From Octopus sinensis (Eukaryota): a stretch of DNA of 64,000 bases. Of the stretch, positions 52,040-64,000 are shown piece after piece; positions within the stretch are counted from its first letter, which is position 1; every line of letters begins with the position of its first letter. The notes under the pieces are model-generated. The model saw nothing but the letters and a program-made list of their open reading frames with translations. It made no database searches and was not told where the DNA came from. The translations under genes were made by a program, and so were the position numbers. The stretch spans positions 133,486,001-133,550,000 of the forward strand of contig NC_043000.1 of NCBI RefSeq assembly GCF_006345805.1, in the 5' to 3' direction.

Positions 52040-52409
52040 AACTGAAGCCTCCGATTTCCAGTACTCAAAGTTACTTGGTTATGATAATCAGCTGGTAAAC
52101 TGAGCTTGGTTTTCTTTAGAACTATTCAGTGTCTGAATATGTTTTTGAAATATGAAATGAAAGCTTGAAGGAAACACTTATTTTCGTCTGCTTGAAAATC
52201 TTTGTGAACGACACGTGAGTAAACGGCTGTTTTAAGCTCACCCTTCTGATGTTGTTTTCTGGTTCCCGTGGTAATATAAACGTATTAAACTCCATTACAA
52301 GCGAAGTTATGAAATTGCATTACTGTTTAAGCAAATTTCCAAAATCCTAATTTAAATAATAGTTTTAATAATATAATGAGATTATTAAAATTGATCGCTT
52401 CTGAAAAGT

Positions 52410-53320
52410 CACGCCGCACCAGTACTTAGACTTTACGTCTTTCCAGCCACCTCATACTGAAAGAAATGTCTTATTTAAAATGGAGAGACTTACATGTACA
52501 ACGGTTTCAACAATACGAGAGCGACACCTGGAAGAAATAAAATATCTGAAAAAATCAAGTAATGCCATAACCAAGACAAAGCAAATTTCAAAGCCTGACT
52601 TATGAAGAATGTTTCACAATGAGGCGGAATAAACAAAGAAAAGCATTCCATTCGTAGTCACGCACAATTCGAGAAACCACATCTTACATTTGGCTAAACT
52701 GTACCTTCCGATTCTACACCAGTCATAAAATCTGAGGAAAGCCATTAAAAAGTCACAAATTATTAACAGGCAAAGGCAACCACCAAATCTTAAAAGACTC
52801 TTAATAAAAGCGAAATTCACACAGGAAGAAATAACGCATGTAACAAAATGTGAAGATCTTCGTTGCGGAACGTGTGATTTGATTGAACAAAGTGTAATAA
52901 AAAAGTTCAAGATTGGGAAAGCATTTAATGGTTAATGCAAATATGTAGTGAAAAGAAAATTAACAGCATTGCATGTCCACAACGAATGGAAGTTCCATCT
53001 GTTAAGAATGTTGGAATGTTCCATGTAATGAACACCTAGACATTTGTGAGAATACGAAAATCAAAATATTACCATTTTATCAAAATAAGAAAACCGATAA
53101 TTATGAAAGACAAAATAAAAATAACTTACAGATTTTTAATCCGTAACTAAACCGGAAATAGTGACATTTACTATCGAAAGTTTGTTTGAAAAGGTAAAGA
53201 AACGAAAGCACTAGCGCTAAAACATTTTTATCAAGTCTGTGTTTATCTACTTTCTTAAAGAAGATATTTTAATTCAATGCAGCCTGTTTTTAAATATCGC
53301 GACTGTATCAATTTTCTTGG
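52410..53320 (+). mobile_element. Penelope-like element 3' fragment (RT thumb, Zn-finger linker, partially deleted GIY-YIG)
   Basis: HQYLDFTSFQPPHTERNV; IPFVVTHNSRN; RQPPNLKRLLIKAKF; KCEDLRCGTC; NEHLDIC..KILPFY..NP*LN, with frameshifts. Confidence 0.85.
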
Positions 53321-53439
53321 ATTTTTACAGACATACATGCATACATAATTATCCATACATATGGAATATGTGACTATATATACCTATACTTATAGATAAG
53401 AGAATAGATATAGATATGATATAAGAGATATAGGTAATA

Positions 53440-54060
<621 letters not shown>

Positions 54061-54061
54061 C

Positions 54062-54445
54062 AATCATAATGGTGGCTGCCCCCTCGTTATCGAGTATGGC
54101 CATTGCACGAAGCTTAATCAGTGTTATCATGCAATGCCTGTGCAAGAAGATTGTTTTTAAAGTGAGGAAAGGCTGTGCACTGAGTCAATCCCACTCACTA
54201 AGCAACAGCAGCCATAATTCGAAAAAGAACAAGTCAACATCATCGGGAACCACTGAGCCGCAGGTTTTATGTCGGAGTTATCCCAGTTATCTGAGTTACC
54301 TTCTCCTAGAAGGATGCCCTAACAAAGGCTAGGAGTCCTTCACTCCCAATGGTTTAACCGCACGATCGGGTATTCAGTCCGATTATTTCTATGTCCCCGC
54401 GCATGATACAGCCTTAAGACATTTATTGGATGGCCGTTGACTCTC
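54062..54445 (-). mobile_element. RTE-clade LINE 5'UTR fragment
   Basis: Minus strand ggcatccttctaggagaaggtaactc resembles the RTE 5'UTR motif ggcaaccagtctaggagaaggaaaactc. Ends in gagggggcagccaccattatg; lies between microsatellites. Confidence 0.6.
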
Positions 54446-54520
54446 AAGAGTTCCTCCGCCCTTATATATGTATATATATACATATACATACATATATACA
54501 TATATACATATATGTACATA

Positions 54521-54571
<51 letters not shown>

Positions 54572-55207
54572 GTTACAGAACCTCCCAAAATCACACACCA
54601 ATTTATAAGTCTCATAAGATTACCTATGAAGAAAATCAAACAAAACCAATATTAGTAATCACCACAGACACTTTCCACTTTTCAAGAATGAAGGACAACT
54701 CAGAATAATAGGACTAAAGTATGAGAAATTCGCAAGGAAGCATAACAAAAGTGTATTCCCATCATCAGGTACCAAACAGATATCACTATAGTTTCGACAC
54801 CTGAACAGTACCATTCAATCCCGTGATGTCAACACCGTTAAAAATATAAATGCTGCCTGGGAATCAACCATCATATTACAACAAGTAACAACATCAAAAT
54901 GAACAAATAGTGACAACTTATAGCTAACAAATAATATTTATAACAAAAAATATATTCCAAAAATGACATTCAGACAACTAGATATTTTATTTCTCAATCA
55001 ACATTATATCACTCCCCAAACAAGCCTAATAAAGATTAACTGAACAGTGCATCTCGTAAACAACGTCCTCAAACAATGTACAAGGAAAAGGACAAGCTTA
55101 GATCAATATCTATGAAACAAGTTCAATACTATAAAATATCTTAACAAAATGAATTGCGTATTAAAAGTAAAGCAACAAAAAGGTTAATAAAATAAAATTA
55201 AACAAAG

Positions 55208-55265
<58 letters not shown>

Positions 55266-55311
55266 ATTATTTATTTATATATTATATAATATATTATTTA
55301 TATATATAGAT

Positions 55312-55362
<51 letters not shown>

Positions 55363-55364
55363 CA

Positions 55365-56149
55365 CAGGGTGCGCTAGGTAAATTATGGCCATTGATACTT
55401 TTTATTTCGCGCATGTGCATTGCTCGCTTTTGATTTTGTCGACTACACAGTATAGTCGGGTCAGTTGGGCACCGTCTGTGATAAAAACAGCACCCCCATC
55501 ACACAATTCACTCTGCCAGAAATTTGGAAACGACATGCTGTACTGCTTGTCAATCGCACCGGAAGCTCAAATACGAACATTTCAAAGTGTTTGGGTGTCA
55601 ATCTGAGGACAGTGCAATCTGAGGACATGTACCAAGAGTGATAAAAATCAAGCATCCGGTCAACATCATGACGTTTTGAGTGCTCCCTATTGATGGTGAC
55701 GTTATGCTTCCATTCATCTTCCCACACGGCCTCAGACTCAACATGGAGGTCTCCATCAAGTGCCTGGAGTAGGTAGTGCTGTCGTGGGACAAGAGGGTGG
55801 CTGCTGGAAGACCCTATGTCCGGCTACAGGACTCTGCATCATATGACACAAGCAGGAGGACCCAGTCATGGCTGTCAGACAATTTTTGCGACCATATCTC
55901 CCCAAACTTCTGGCCACCTAACTCCCCAGACTGCAACTCCCTTGATTATTATGTGTGGGGTGCAGTTGAGCAAGAGACTGACAAAACACCCTGTAACACC
56001 AAGATGAACTGAAGGCAAGCATTATGGCAACATTCACTAACTTATACAAGGAGACCGTCCAGAAGAGTTGCAGAAAATTCCATGGTCGTCTGGTGGGTGT
56101 GGTTGAAGCCAATGTCGATTTCCTTTAATAAATTTACTCTTTAGTATTT

Positions 56150-56150
<1 letters not shown>
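55365..56150 (+). mobile_element. Tc1/mariner DD37D (maT) transposase relic
   Basis: QDSA...WPPNSPDCNSLDYYVWG with 37 residues between the second and third Asp. Left TIR-like cagggtgcgctagg; internal deletion, stops and frameshifts. Confidence 0.9.
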
Positions 56151-56210
<60 letters not shown>

Positions 56211-56260
56211 CATATATATACATATATATATACATACATATATATATATACATATACATA

Positions 56261-56370
<110 letters not shown>

Positions 56371-56568
56371 TAAAAATTTTAAAAAATAACTAATAACACG
56401 CCATAACAACAAACAGACTAAATAATTCATTATGATTAAACGGCCAACGAGTTGAGTTCGTTACTTAGGAATTACTAAAAGTACCCTTAATTATAGATTA
56501 AATAAACATATGCAGCTTAAATTAGCATACACACCTACAAACTATAAATATTGAATACTATTAATATA

Positions 56569-56801
56569 TATTTCTTTACTGCCCACAAGGGGCTAAACAT
56601 AGAGGGGACAAACAAGGACAGACAAACGGATTAAGTCGATTACATCGACCCCAGTGCGTAACTGGTACTTTATTTATCGACCCCGAAAGGATGAAAGGCA
56701 AAGTCGACCTCGGCGGAATTTGAACTCAGAACGTAGCGACGGACGAAATACCGCTAAGCATTTCGCCCGGCGCGCTAACGTTTCTGCCAGCTCGCCGCCT
56801 T
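56569..56801 (-). mobile_element. SINE family B, young full-length copy, 16-bp TSD
   Basis: TSD gaatactattaatata at 56553-56568 and 56803-56818. Confidence 0.95.
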
Positions 56802-57363
56802 CGAATACTATTAATATACTTATATGTAAGTGGTAACGGATGCACTCGATGCAAAGCAATTTTCCCGTTCAGGCTGCATCTCTTACTAGTTCTCATATTA
56901 AACTCATAACGATGTGTGATCCTAAAGAGTTCTATGTAGTCTGAGAAGGGCTATAATGTAACATAAAGAGGACATCAATATTGCAAAAAAAAAAAAAAGA
57001 CATGGGCATAAAGTTGGTATTCCTCTATTAGATTTATTTATATCGCTTCAGTATTTGGTAATTAAATGATGTCCAACAGTATATGCAATCCATAGATGCA
57101 ACTTATAATTGCAGTATAATAGTCATATCCAGACGCTGGGCTTATAAGTTGCACGTATGGATTGCATTTATATTGTGGCATCATATAATTACCAAACTCT
57201 GAAACATATTTAACAGATGTAAAGTTCATACACACACACACACACACACAAACTCATGTATATATAATATGATTGCTCTCACGCTCACGTATATGTAACT
57301 CTGGTACAGAGTATTCTTTTTTCCATACGTCACTCTAAAGTCTATAGAAATAGACATATATAT

Positions 57364-57407
<44 letters not shown>

Positions 57408-57423
57408 GTAGACACACACACAC

Positions 57424-57474
<51 letters not shown>

Positions 57475-57498
57475 ATATATATATAATATATATATATA

Positions 57499-57755
57499 TG
57501 GCGGCGCAATGGCCCAGCGGTCGGAGGATCGCGGTTTCGTTTCCCAGACCGGGCGTTGTGTGTATTTATTGAGCGAAAACACGTAAAGCTCCACGATGCT
57601 CCGGCAGGTGGCGACCAACTTTCTCTCACTCTTTCTTCCTGTTTCTTGAGTAACGCTGCGATGGACTGGCGTCTCGTCCACCTGGGGGGAACACATACGC
57701 CATAGAAATCGAGAAACCGGGCCCATGAGCCTGGCTAGGCTTGAAAAGGGCGCAT
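57499..57755 (+). mobile_element. SINE family C-related copy inside (TA)n
   Basis: ggcgcaatggcccagcgg...gtaacgctgcgatggactggcgtc...gaaaagggcgcat. Confidence 0.85.
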
Positions 57756-57756
57756 A

Positions 57757-57801
<45 letters not shown>

Positions 57802-58826
57802 CACACACATACATAATTACACACACACATATATACATGCATACATGAATGAATCTATCCATACATTCACATACTTGCATATTACCACACTCATATAATC
57901 ATATATAAACATAAATACACGCACGCACCCACTCTTAAAGATGTTAAGACAGAAGAAAAGAGTATTGAATATATGTAACAGGGTTTATTTATTCCAAGTG
58001 GCTGAGTTATCCCATCATCACCCTGGATTAGTCGCTTCTGTTTTCTCTTTCATAAAACTGTTACCTATACATTGTGACAACTCACTAACGTATACACCCA
58101 TAATGTTGAGATCTCCACAATAACTAGTGATATTACACCACTGTATGCCAAATTTTAGTTGGTTTACATATAGTTTGACCAACAGGCATATTTAAGGACG
58201 TCATTAACGAAATATAAAACGGATTTTTCTGCGAAAAAGAAAATTATAAATAACCTACTTGTAAAATAAACATGCCTTAAAGGCCAGATTTAAAGCCGTT
58301 TTAAATTTTGTCTTATTGTATCTCCCTCAATCATATCATTTTACAAATAAATTGATACAAATTTTTTAAATATTTCTTCAATATTTTATCGCATGCATTA
58401 ATTTTCCATTCAAATGTGAAGGGAAGTATGTCGATAGTTTGGGGCTAAATATGAAATAAAATATATTATAAAAACAATAAAGGTGTAAAAAAAGAGAAGC
58501 TAATCTCTCTGCTAGTAGTATTTGCTTGGAATTAGATTTATTTTCAAGCTAATAAATATTTCACTAGCAAGAATGTGAAATGTATTTGTTTTCCTGCTTT
58601 CCAATAATTGGAAGATAAAATTCAAATAGCAATGAAGTGTTGTGTCGTCAGGTAATTCAAATGCACACTTCTACTGTGAAAAATAACCAATGTCAAAAGT
58701 CGGGTTCTTAAAAATTACACGAATGCAGTAATTGAAAACGAAATAATTGCAACATAAATAAGTGAATAAAATAAATGAATAAATAAATCAGAAAGTTCCT
58801 TAGTTACAGAAAATAAGGCACAATTA

Positions 58827-59364
58827 TATTAGGTCATCAAATAATTAATGTGGTTTTTCAATTACATAATCTAAGAGTCGGAGAGGGACGGGATAAACTG
58901 ACCTACATCAACTTGCTATAAAAACAGGTCGTAATTTAATATAACTTATTCTTAGTGAAAGTTTTGAAGAGTGCAGTTCGATTTTAACAGTTATTTTTTC
59001 AAAAGCTATAATAGAAGTGACAAAGGAGCATATTCGTCATATTTTGCTTTATGAGTTCAATAAAAGCAACAACGCAACAGAAAATGTGAGGAGTATTAAT
59101 GCAGTACATGGGGATCGGAATTAATGAAGACATTAAAAAGACCAGCTTTTTAATACCCGCTACATCCAATACGCCAACACTAGCTTCACTGTTGCTTACC
59201 ATGCTTATAAGTGACTGAGTGGTTTCCCTCTAAAATATGCTAGTTTCCACAGTCTTTCGTATACAATGTTTTACAATCATTCAGCAATTCTCTCATTGCT
59301 ACTTCGGCACGTTTCACTTTGGAAGCCTAATAACACCAAGGTAATTTATGAGTTGCCCACTATA
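58827..59364 (+). mobile_element. Internally deleted mariner (DD34D-type N-terminus)
   Basis: EVTKEHIRHILLYEFNKSNNATENVRSINAVHGDR at ~59008-59115; TIR-like tattaggtcatcaaataattaatgtggttttt with a degenerate partner near 59330-59364. Confidence 0.75.
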
Positions 59365-59458
59365 CTTGCTACTTGCTAAAATTTTAAAATGATATTAATC
59401 ATTGATTAATATTATCTTTCCTCGCCACCTAACTATTTCTAATTAGCTTTTTAATATC

Positions 59459-59689
59459 TATTTCTTTACTGCCCACAAGGGGCTAAACATAGAGGGGACA
59501 AACAAGGACAGACAAAGGGATTAAGTTGATTACATCAACCCCAGTGCGTAACTGGTACTTAATTTATCGACCCCGAAAGGATGAAAGGCAAAGTCGACCT
59601 CGGCGGAATTTGAACTCAGAACGTAACGACAGACGAAATACCGCTAAGCATTTCGCCCAGCGCGCTAACGCTTCTGCCAGCTCGCCGCC
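59459..59689 (-). mobile_element. SINE family B, young full-length copy, ~11-bp TSD
   Basis: tttttaatatc at 59448-59458 and 59690-59700. Confidence 0.93.
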
Positions 59690-60321
59690 TTTTTAATATC
59701 GACTACCTTGCTAACATTAATCTGAAGAAATTCAGGCATTTGCAGTGTCTACGCTTACAAACATTTATTCTAACAAAATTAAAGATAAATTGAAAATAAT
59801 GATTGTTTTATACAGGTACAAAGTCACTCATTTTTCATGAAGCAACAATTATTAAATGGTATCCAGTACTTGACACAGTTACTGGTTTCATTTAGCTCAG
59901 AGGTATGAAAGCAAACCTGTATGTGGAGGGATTCGGGTGCTGGCGTAAGGCTTGCAATTTTGTGTGGAGGGTGTTAGTCGATACCTTCGACCCTAGTCCT
60001 TGACTGGGTACTTTATTTTATTGACTCCGAAGAGATAAAATGCAAATTTAACCTTGGCAGGACTTGAACCTAGAATGTATGGAGCCAGAACAAACAGCCT
60101 AAAGCATTTTGCCTTACACTTTAATGATTTTGCCAATCCACTAATAGTAGTCATGGGTACATTCTAGAAAATAGCAATACTAAGATTTGTAAACATCGTT
60201 ATCATATCCGCACATAACATTTGTTAATCTTGGACATCTTTGTCAGCACTGAATACTTTTGTGCATGTTTACCGTTGAACATTCTGTCAATCTTGAATAT
60301 TTTCGTTAAGCTGGAACATGT

Positions 60322-60471
60322 AGCTGTGTGGTAAGTAGCTTTCTTACGAACCACATAGTTCCGGGTTCAGTCCCACTGCAGGCACCTTGGGCAAGTGTCT
60401 TCTACTATAGCCTCGAGCCAACCAAAGCCTTATGAATGGATTTGGTAGATGGAAACTGAAAGAAGCCCGTC

Positions 60472-60515
<44 letters not shown>

Positions 60516-60590
60516 ATGCATATATATGTTTGTGTGTCTGTGTTTGTACCCCCACCATCGCTTGACAACTGATGCTGGTGTGTCTATGAC
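60322..60590 (+). mobile_element. SINE family A, 3'-truncated
   Basis: gctgtgtggtaagtagc...gatgctggtgtg. Confidence 0.85.
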
Positions 60591-61368
60591 TACAATCATT
60601 TGGAATATGCCTATCCAGATTTATCCGTCCACTGACCAAAATATTGTCAAAAAGTAGGCAAAGAAACTGTCAAAGTGCAAGTATTTGAAATAAACAGGCT
60701 GAAAGAGAGAACAGTAAACATGATATGAACCTATATAAAATATAAACCTAAATATATTTATACCAACGGGACATGCATATCCTTCGTATGATACTTTCAC
60801 TTGAATGGTACAGCTCGAACGGTACATTCTGCACACGACAAATTTATTATGCATTCGCCATCGAATAAAATAACTCTTCTCATACAACACTTACTCTGCT
60901 AAACACTACAGCACATACTCTACGCAACAATCACCCAAGAAAATAACCCACCACCTACTCTTGCATAATCAATACCCGATACAGTCACATCAACGGATCA
61001 CACAATTTACATTCTACACATTTACTATCTTTGATATAACACGACTCATATAGAACGTTCTCTACACTAAAACATTAAGCGCCATTTACACAGCATGTAC
61101 GAAATGTGAACAGCCAACCAACAAAATTACACAACTTAGATTGCGTGTATTCTATCAACTAGACGAAACATTAAAATATCACAAGAAATAAGAATGCAAT
61201 ACCGAAGTAGTATAAACATACAGTTCTATACCCCCGAAGCAATATTGTATACATATCAGGAACAAAGAGGTGGACCAGTTAGTGCGATAGAAACTCACAT
61301 AAAACTGTTGGAAACATGATAAATAATAATAAGCATAACAATAACAACAACAAATAATAATAACAACA

Positions 61369-61407
<39 letters not shown>

Positions 61408-62844
61408 AATAATCATAATAATCGCCTTGAGAAGCAACCAAGTTTTTTTTATAGTCAAGGTAAATGCGTCTTGGGAGGCCTTCTGCGCATATGTAAAAGA
61501 AATCAATAGTCAAGATAAAAACTGCCAATTCTTAATGTATCTTGTCTACGAAGCAGCAAGATGATATCTTTTACTTTGAGTGAAATAGAGCCACCATGAT
61601 TTGCGCCATTGTTATTCTTCTTTTCTCCATCAATGGAATAATGTTAATGTTGTTGAAATGCTAATACAAAGGTCCATGTGACTTCTCACACTAACTAAAG
61701 TCATGGCTTTCCTGTCTTTTCAAAGCATTTGTATGGGATAATGATTTCAGAATTGGGAAGCTGAAACATCAACATCACAAATTTCAGCAAGCAAAAAATT
61801 CAATAATCCATAAAAACAGTTTTAAGATTGCAATCATTAGACTCATTTTGTAAAGATGTTTTTCTCTTTTTTTCCTAGTGGCTAAGAAAATATTTTCGTA
61901 TAACTAAGCAGGGATAAAAATTTTACTCATAACTATATACATTGGCTTGTTACTTATTTAACCAAATTCATCAACTGAATTGATTTGTCTTGCAGACAAA
62001 ATTATAATATACATATAAACATAAACATTGAAGTTAATGTTTATGAATTTGGAGTGTCTGATGTAGAAAAAAATGGTTATCTTTGTGAAGGATTACTTGA
62101 ATGTCATAGAGGTGAAAGTTGCAGATTAGTTCTGAAAACTTCTAGCAAAGAATGAAACTTCTCTGAAACTTGAGCCAAATGAGCGAGCCTCCACGTGATT
62201 AGTAACCAACTAGAAATAGGACCCAATCTATCTCAATCCAGATTCTACTGTCTTAAAGAAGAAAATATCAGAGTTGAGTCAGAAAAATAAGATTGTCATG
62301 GTTAGGATGCTTTTGATCAAGGTTAGTCTGAAAGTAAACAAGTACAACAGCAACAACTTCAGCAAACTGATATATTCTTATAAGGGATTATAGGATAGTA
62401 TAAATAATGTGACTAGATTTGCAAATTTCTAATATTATTTCTGAAGCCGTTCATCACAGAGATTCCCATACATTGAAATGTGTCGCCTTCAACAATAATG
62501 AAGTAGATTAAACGAACAAATGTTTAGCTGAAATCTATGAAACCTTTCATGGATTTTATCTTTGTGGTTCACGATTTTATCTCTACTAATACATCAGCCA
62601 CGTATTTACGAAGTCTTCACATATTGCTACATTTCGAGATTAACAATCAAACAAAATTCTATAGGATAATAATTCTGAGGAGTCATTGTTCTGCATTTTT
62701 CAATTATCTAAGTTAGTGTTTCAAATAAATATTTAGAGGATAAAGCCAATAACAATTTAGAGTAAAATTTATTTTGCTTCTGGAAGTAAGAGTAGGAATA
62801 AATTTCAAATTGGAGATCATAATATCATATAAACTTAACCCACG

Positions 62845-63006
62845 CAAGTATGGCTGTGTAAAAAGAAGTTTGCTTCCAAACCGCATGATTTCAGGTTTAG
62901 TCCTGCTGCATAGCATCTTGGACAAATGTCCCCTACTATAGCCTCAGACTGACCAAAGTCTTGTGAGTAGATATGGTAGGTGGAAACCAAAAGAAGTCCG
63001 TTGGGA

Positions 63007-63010
<4 letters not shown>
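62845..63010 (+). mobile_element. SINE family A, diverged 5' half
   Basis: catcttggacaaatgtcccctactatagcctcagactgacc. Confidence 0.7.
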
Positions 63011-63050
<40 letters not shown>

Positions 63051-63054
<4 letters not shown>

Positions 63055-63120
63055 CCAGAAAGTTTCGTCCGATTTTTATTTTAGTGTACATATATAATTG
63101 GGCGAAACTTTCTGAATATC

Positions 63121-63125
<5 letters not shown>
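63051..63125. mobile_element. Tiny Tc1/mariner-type MITE in (TA)n
   Basis: TIRs cagaaagtttcgtccgatt / aattgggcgaaactttctg; right end cctgta. Confidence 0.7.
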
Positions 63126-63162
<37 letters not shown>

Positions 63163-64000
63163 TATATATATATAAAGATGTGTGTGTTATGACAACCAGG
63201 AGACAATTCCCTGTAGAGTATGATCTTTGACAGGCAATGGTTCTCTATTCTGGAGAATATGTTGAAAAGTCTTATAGAAATGAATGAGTCGGTTTATCAA
63301 CAGCTTCATCTGCTGTAAAATATTAGGAAGCATGTAGGTAATGTATTGTTTTTAAAATTGCATTAGGCTCAGGTTTGTACAAAAGTGGCAATGGCGTGTT
63401 GTGAAATTACTTCAAGCAAGAATGCACAAATGGTTCGAAAAAATTAGCCTGCCAGGGAGCCTCCTTCTAAATCATGGCGCTCGTAGATATGAAATATATT
63501 AAAAGGCTACATATTCTTAGTTCTGTATAGATTTCTCTTCTATTAATAATACATATGTTTGCAGACACGAAAGAGAAATAATATAAGTGATAAACAAGAA
63601 CAATGTTATTGCAGAAAAACCTTACAGGTGCCGTCGTATTCTAAAAGCATTAGTTTGTTGGACATAAAGAGATTTCGTAAAGAAATGGAAGACAGCTTAT
63701 CTTTTCCTACGAAACTCTAAAATCGATGCGAGAAATTAGAGACATCTTACGGGGCCGATAAATAGACACATCGCCTGATTTCAAAATAACATTTATGGGT
63801 ATTTTAATAATAAATTTATACAAATTAGATAAAAATATTTAGATTATTGGAAAAGTTGCCTGACAATAGCTGTCATTTAGATTTCAATTTCTTGTGGGTC
63901 AACTGGTCAGTACATACTACTGTTATCGAAACTTTTCTATCTAAATATGACAGTTATCTCTGAAGAAAACAGGCTAGATAAACTAAATTAGTCACGGAAA

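Noticed and set aside
63190-63275. [19 protein letters not shown] on the minus strand, resembling an RTE C-terminus
   Set aside because: Under 30 codons; plausible but not supportable without an alignment.

Overview
This is a 64-kb, very AT-rich, repeat-dominated eukaryotic window. The SINE families and microsatellite load suggest an octopus (Octopus sp.) genome; that is inference from recognised repeat families, not a database search. Almost all ORF-track entries are artefacts of (TA)n/(TG)n/(TCTA)n repeats or SINE translations. Supported content: (1) at least three tRNA-derived SINE families, including TSD-flanked monomers and four head-to-tail multimers that share one junction; (2) non-LTR fragments: R4/Dong-like RLE elements stacked at (TAA)n, an internally deleted Tx1/L1-clade element, a CR1/Jockey-like RT piece, an RTE 5'UTR and Penelope-like pieces; (3) three non-autonomous Helitrons, several Tc1/mariner relics including a DD37D (maT) transposase, and MITEs; (4) a ~250-bp 28S rRNA fragment. 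The most notable item is a ~1-kb palindrome (47.1-48.15 kb) with a type I hammerhead ribozyme motif in each arm; the right-arm motif is structurally perfect. There is also a candidate TATA-linked first exon encoding a signal peptide (30000-30113, minus strand). No complete host gene could be assembled from sequence alone.
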